The notes beneath the pieces are model-generated. The model saw only the letters and a list, made by a program, of their open reading frames with translations. It had not been told where the DNA came from and ran no database searches. From a virus (lineage: Duplodnaviria; Heunggongvirae; Uroviricota; Caudoviricetes): a stretch of 11,084 nt of DNA. Below, one piece after another: positions 8,263 to 11,084 of this stretch (positions are counted from its first letter, which is position 1; every line of letters starts with the position of its first letter). The stretch lies in the IMG/VR virus record IMGVR_UViG_2537562173_000005; one strand, 5' to 3'. The position numbers were made by a program, and so were the translations under genes.

Positions 8263-9006
8263 ATGACAGAGACAGAATCAGCGATTCTGGCGCACGCCCG
8301 GCGATGTGCGCCAGCGGAGTCGTGCGGCTTCGTGGTAAGCACGCCGGAGGGGGAAAGATATTTCCCCTGCGTGAATATCTCCGGTGAGCCGGAGGCGTAT
8401 TTCCGGATGGCTCCGGAGGACTGGCTGCAGGCAGAGATGCAGGGTGAGATTGTGGCGCTGGTCCACAGTCATCCCGGTGGTCTGCCCTGGCTGAGTGAGG
8501 CCGACCGGCGGCTGCAGGTGCAGAGCGATTTGCCGTGGTGGCTGGTCTGCCGGGGGGCGATTCACAAGTTCCGCTGTGTGCCGCATCTCACCGGGCGGCG
8601 CTTTGAGTACGGGGTGACAGACTGTTACACACTGTTCCGGGATGCTTACCATCTGGCGGGGATTGAGATGCCGGATTTTCATCGCGGGGATGACTGGTGG
8701 CGTCACGGTCAGAATCTCTATCTTGACAATATGGAGGCTACTGGTTTTTACCGTGTCGCACTGACAGAGGCGCAGCCGGGCGATGTGCTGCTGTGCTGTT
8801 TTGGTTCATCGGTGCCGAATCACGCCGCCATTTACTGCGGCGACGGTGAGCTGCTGCACCATATTCCTGAACAACTGAGTAAACGAGAGAGGTATACCGA
8901 CAAATGGCAGCGACGCACACACTCCCTCTGGCGTCACCGGGAATGGCACGCATCTGCCTTTACGGGGATTTGCAACGATTTGGCCGCCGCATCGACCTTC
9001 GTGTGA
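8263..9006 (+). CDS. K: tail tip assembly protein (lambda gpK family) with MPN/JAMM-like and NlpC/P60-like regions
   Basis: MTETESAILAHARRCAPAESCGFVVSTPEGERYFPCVNISGEPEAYFRM matches the lambda gpK N-terminus. HSHPGG...SEAD fits a JAMM-type motif and DCYTLF...H fits an NlpC/P60-type Cys/His pattern. The ORF track starts at an in-frame ATG at 8221 that overlaps L; the ATG at 8263, just after the L stop, is more likely. Confidence 0.88.
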   Translation: MTETESAILAHARRCAPAESCGFVVSTPEGERYFPCVNISGEPEAYFRMAPEDWLQAEMQGEIVALVHSHPGGLPWLSEADRRLQVQSDLPWWLVCRGAIHKFRCVPHLTGRRFEYGVTDCYTLFRDAYHLAGIEMPDFHRGDDWWRHGQNLYLDNMEATGFYRVALTEAQPGDVLLCCFGSSVPNHAAIYCGDGELLHHIPEQLSKRERYTDKWQRRTHSLWRHREWHASAFTGICNDLAAASTFV

Positions 9007-9545
9007 AAACGGGGGCTGAAGCCATCCGGGCACTGGCCACACAGCTCCCGGCGTTTCGTCAGAAACTGAGCGATGGCTGGTATCAGGTACGGATTGCCGG
9101 GCGGGATGCAGGAGAAACCGAATTATCATCCCGTCTTAATGAGCCGCTGGCAAATGGTGCCGTGATCCACATCGTGCCGCGTCTTGCGGGAGCAAAAAGT
9201 GGCGGTGTGTTTCAGGCGGTGCTGGGTGCGGCGTTGATTGCTACGGCAATCTGGATGCCGGGGATCAGTATCGCTTTCAGTGACATTCTCTTTTCAATGG
9301 GTGCGGCGATGACGCTTGGTGGTGTGGCGCAGATGCTGGCACCGAAAGCCAGAACTCCCCGTACACAGACAACGGATAACGGCAAACAGAACACCTATTT
9401 CTCCTCACTGGATAACATGGTTGCCCAGGGCAATGTTCTGCCGGTTCTGTACGGTGAAATGCGCGTGGGGTCACGTGTGGCATCTCAGGAGATCAGCACG
9501 GCAGATGAAGGGGATGGTGGTCAGGTTGTGGTAATTGGGCGGTAA
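8904..9545 (+). CDS. I: tail tip assembly protein (lambda gpI family)
   Basis: 213 aa. The N-terminal ~65 aa (MAATHTLPLASPGMARICLYGDLQRFGRRIDLRVKTGAEAIRALATQLPAFRQKLSDGWYQVRIAGRD) and the C-terminus (VLGGVAQMLAPKARTPR.QTTDNGKQNTYFSSLDNMVAQGNVLPVLYGEMRVGSRV.SQEISTADEGDGGQVVVIGR) are essentially identical to lambda gpI. GAGAGG ribosome-binding site upstream; overlaps the K 3' end in another frame, as in lambda. Confidence 0.93.
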   Translation: MAATHTLPLASPGMARICLYGDLQRFGRRIDLRVKTGAEAIRALATQLPAFRQKLSDGWYQVRIAGRDAGETELSSRLNEPLANGAVIHIVPRLAGAKSGGVFQAVLGAALIATAIWMPGISIAFSDILFSMGAAMTLGGVAQMLAPKARTPRTQTTDNGKQNTYFSSLDNMVAQGNVLPVLYGEMRVGSRVASQEISTADEGDGGQVVVIGR

Positions 9546-9551
9546 TATTAT

Positions 9552-9580
9552 TTTACTCATGTTCTAACTAATTTAATATT
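9552..9580 (+). promoter_or_regulatory. candidate sigma70-type promoter for the moron ORF
   Basis: TTTACT (9552-9557), a 17-nt spacer, then TAATAT (9575-9580), in an AT-rich block about 40 nt upstream of the lipoprotein ATG. Consensus match is only moderate, and GATAAT at 9594-9599 is an alternative -10. Sequence-only prediction. Confidence 0.25.
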
Positions 9581-9618
9581 TATATCGAACACTGATAATT
9601 ATTCTATTGGTTAGCTAT

Positions 9619-9957
9619 ATGAACAAAACGATTTTATTCTGCACGATTATTGCCTTAACAGGATGTAAATCTTTGGATTACGTAAAATCCGGAAAACCTG
9701 TAATGGAAGGTAATTCATTAAAAAATATTGATGAATTGTCAGGCTGCATATCCAGACAATGGGCTGGTAATGGAACACCTATAACATCCCTTCCTATTGA
9801 GAATGGGGTAAGCCTTTTAGTTCCACAGGCTATGGGGGGATATGATGTTGTGCTTGATATCAAAAAAGCAGGAAATGGCAGTAGTTTTACTCTTTATGAA
9901 CGTGTACCAGCATTAACGCCAAAAATTTTTGCTGATAGTGTTAATGCATGTAAATAA
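9619..9957 (+). CDS. predicted lipoprotein encoded by a moron inserted between tail genes I and J
   Basis: 112-aa ORF from ATG 9619. N-terminus MNKTILFCTIIALTGC is a classic type II signal peptide with lipobox L-T-G-C. The ORF and its flanks are visibly AT-rich compared with the GC-rich phage genes. The six-frame track starts at TTG 9607; the ATG is more plausible. The ribosome-binding site is weak. Confidence 0.7.
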   Translation: MNKTILFCTIIALTGCKSLDYVKSGKPVMEGNSLKNIDELSGCISRQWAGNGTPITSLPIENGVSLLVPQAMGGYDVVLDIKKAGNGSSFTLYERVPALTPKIFADSVNACK

Positions 9958-9981
9958 TAGTTAATCCTGTCGTAACTCATG

Positions 9982-10009
9982 AGCCGCCTTTTGGGCGGCT
10001 TTGTTGTTT
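9982..10009 (+). terminator. rho-independent terminator downstream of the moron ORF
   Basis: AGCCGCC (9982-9988), loop TTTTG, GGCGGCT (9994-10000) form a perfect 7-bp GC-rich stem, followed by the T-rich tract TTGTTGTTT (10001-10009), about 25 nt after the ORF stop. Confidence 0.65.
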
Positions 10010-10023
10010 ATGGAGTGTGAGGA

Positions 10024-11084
10024 ATGGGTAAAGGAAGCAGTAAGGGGCATACCCCGCGCGAAGCGAGGGACAACCTGAAGTCCACGCAGCTGCTGAGTGT
10101 GATCGATGCCATCAGCGAAGGGCCGGGTGAAGGGCCGGCCCCCCGGACCTCAACNNNNNCGGGCCGGTGAGCAGGAGCAGACACCGCCGGAGGGATTTGA
10201 ATCCTCCGGCTCCGAGACGGTGCTGGGTACGGAAGTGAAATATGACACGCCGATCACCCGGACCATCACGTCGGCAAACATCGACCGTCTGCGCTTTACC
10301 TTCGGTGTGCAGGCACTGGTGGAAACCACCTCAAAGGGGGACAGGAATCCATCGGAAGTCCGCCTGCTGGTTCAGATCNNNNNATTCTGCAGGTGCCGTC
10401 GAACTATAACCCGCAGACGCGGCAATACAGCGGTATCTGGGACGGAACGTTTAAGCCAGCATACAGCAACAACATGGCCTGGTGTCTGTGGGATATGCTG
10501 ACCCATCCGCGCTACGGCATGGGGAAACGTCTTGGTGCGGCAGATGTGGATAAATGGGCGCTGTATGTCATCGGCCAGAATTGCGACCAGTCGGTGCCGG
10601 ATGGCTTTGGTGGCACGGAGCCGCGCATCACCTGTAATGCCTACCTGACCACACAGCGCAAGGCGTGGGATGTTCTCAGTGATTTCTGCTCGGCGATGCG
10701 CTGTATGCCGGTATGGAACGGGCAGACGCTGACATTCGTGCAGGACCGACCGTCGGATAAGGTGTGGACCTATAACCGCAGTAATGTGGTGATGCCGGAT
10801 GATGGTGCGCCGTTCCGCTACAGCTTCAGCGCCCTGAAAGACCGCCATAATGCTGTTGAGGTGAACTGGATTGACCCGGATAACGGCTGGGAGACGGCGA
10901 CAGAGCTTGTGGAGGACACGCAGGCCATTGCCCGTTACGGTCGTAACGTCACGAAGATGGATGCCTTTGGCTGTACCAGCCGGGGGCAGGCACACCGCGC
11001 CGGGCTGTGGCTGATTAAAACGGAACTGCTGGAGACGCAGACCGTGGATTTCAGCGTCGGCGCAGAAGGGCTTCGCCATGTACC
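10024..11084 (+). CDS. J: tail tip / central tail fibre protein (lambda gpJ family), 5' partial, with two internal N gaps
   Basis: Starts MGKGSSKGHTPREA.DNLKSTQLLSVIDAISEGP, and later AGEQEQTPPEGFESSGSETVLGTEVKYDTPITRTITSANIDRLRFTFGVQALVETTSKGDRNPSEVRLLVQI and ILQVPSNYNPQTRQYSGIWDGTFKPAYSNNMAWCLWDMLTHPRYGMGKRLGAADVDKWALYVIGQ, all essentially identical to lambda gpJ. GGAG/GAGG ribosome-binding site upstream. The gene runs past the window end; N runs at 10155-10159 and 10379-10383 break the apparent frame. Confidence 0.92.

Noticed and set aside
7464-8342. 292-aa ORF on the minus strand
   Set aside because: Antisense to M, L and K, which are near-identical to lambda proteins; no ribosome-binding site and no recognisable protein features.
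9607-9618. TTG at 9607 as start of the moron ORF (MVSYMNKT...)
   Set aside because: The ATG at 9619 gives a canonical lipoprotein signal peptide starting MNKT; the TTG extension has no ribosome-binding site and adds four residues before the n-region.
9546-9618. AT-rich stretch considered as a possible attachment site or tRNA remnant
   Set aside because: No tRNA-like cloverleaf or flanking direct repeats were evident. It is more simply explained as the promoter and 5' UTR of the moron ORF.
10372-11079. 235-aa ORF on the minus strand
   Set aside because: Antisense to the J gene, which matches lambda gpJ almost exactly; it also crosses an N gap.

Overview
This window is the late structural (head-to-tail) module of a lambda-like siphovirus or prophage, all on the + strand, in lambda gene order: end of a scaffold/protease gene, D, E, FI, FII, Z, U, V, G/G-T, H, M, L, K, I, then an insertion, then the 5' part of J. 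The tail genes (Z to J) translate almost identically to phage lambda proteins as I recall them, while the head genes (D, E, FI, FII) are clearly more diverged, which is the usual lambdoid mosaic. The candidate novel element is an AT-rich moron of about 0.4 kb inserted between I and J: it encodes a predicted 112-aa lipoprotein with a promoter-like region upstream and a clean rho-independent terminator downstream. Other anomalies: the major capsid gene E is truncated and joined to an N-terminally shortened FI, consistent with a roughly 0.5-kb deletion; the tape-measure gene H is split by a frameshift at G homopolymers; and three 5-nt N runs mark gaps (one upstream of D, two inside J). Either this is a partly degraded prophage or a draft assembly with errors. 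All homology statements come from reading the translations against remembered lambda proteins; no database search was run.
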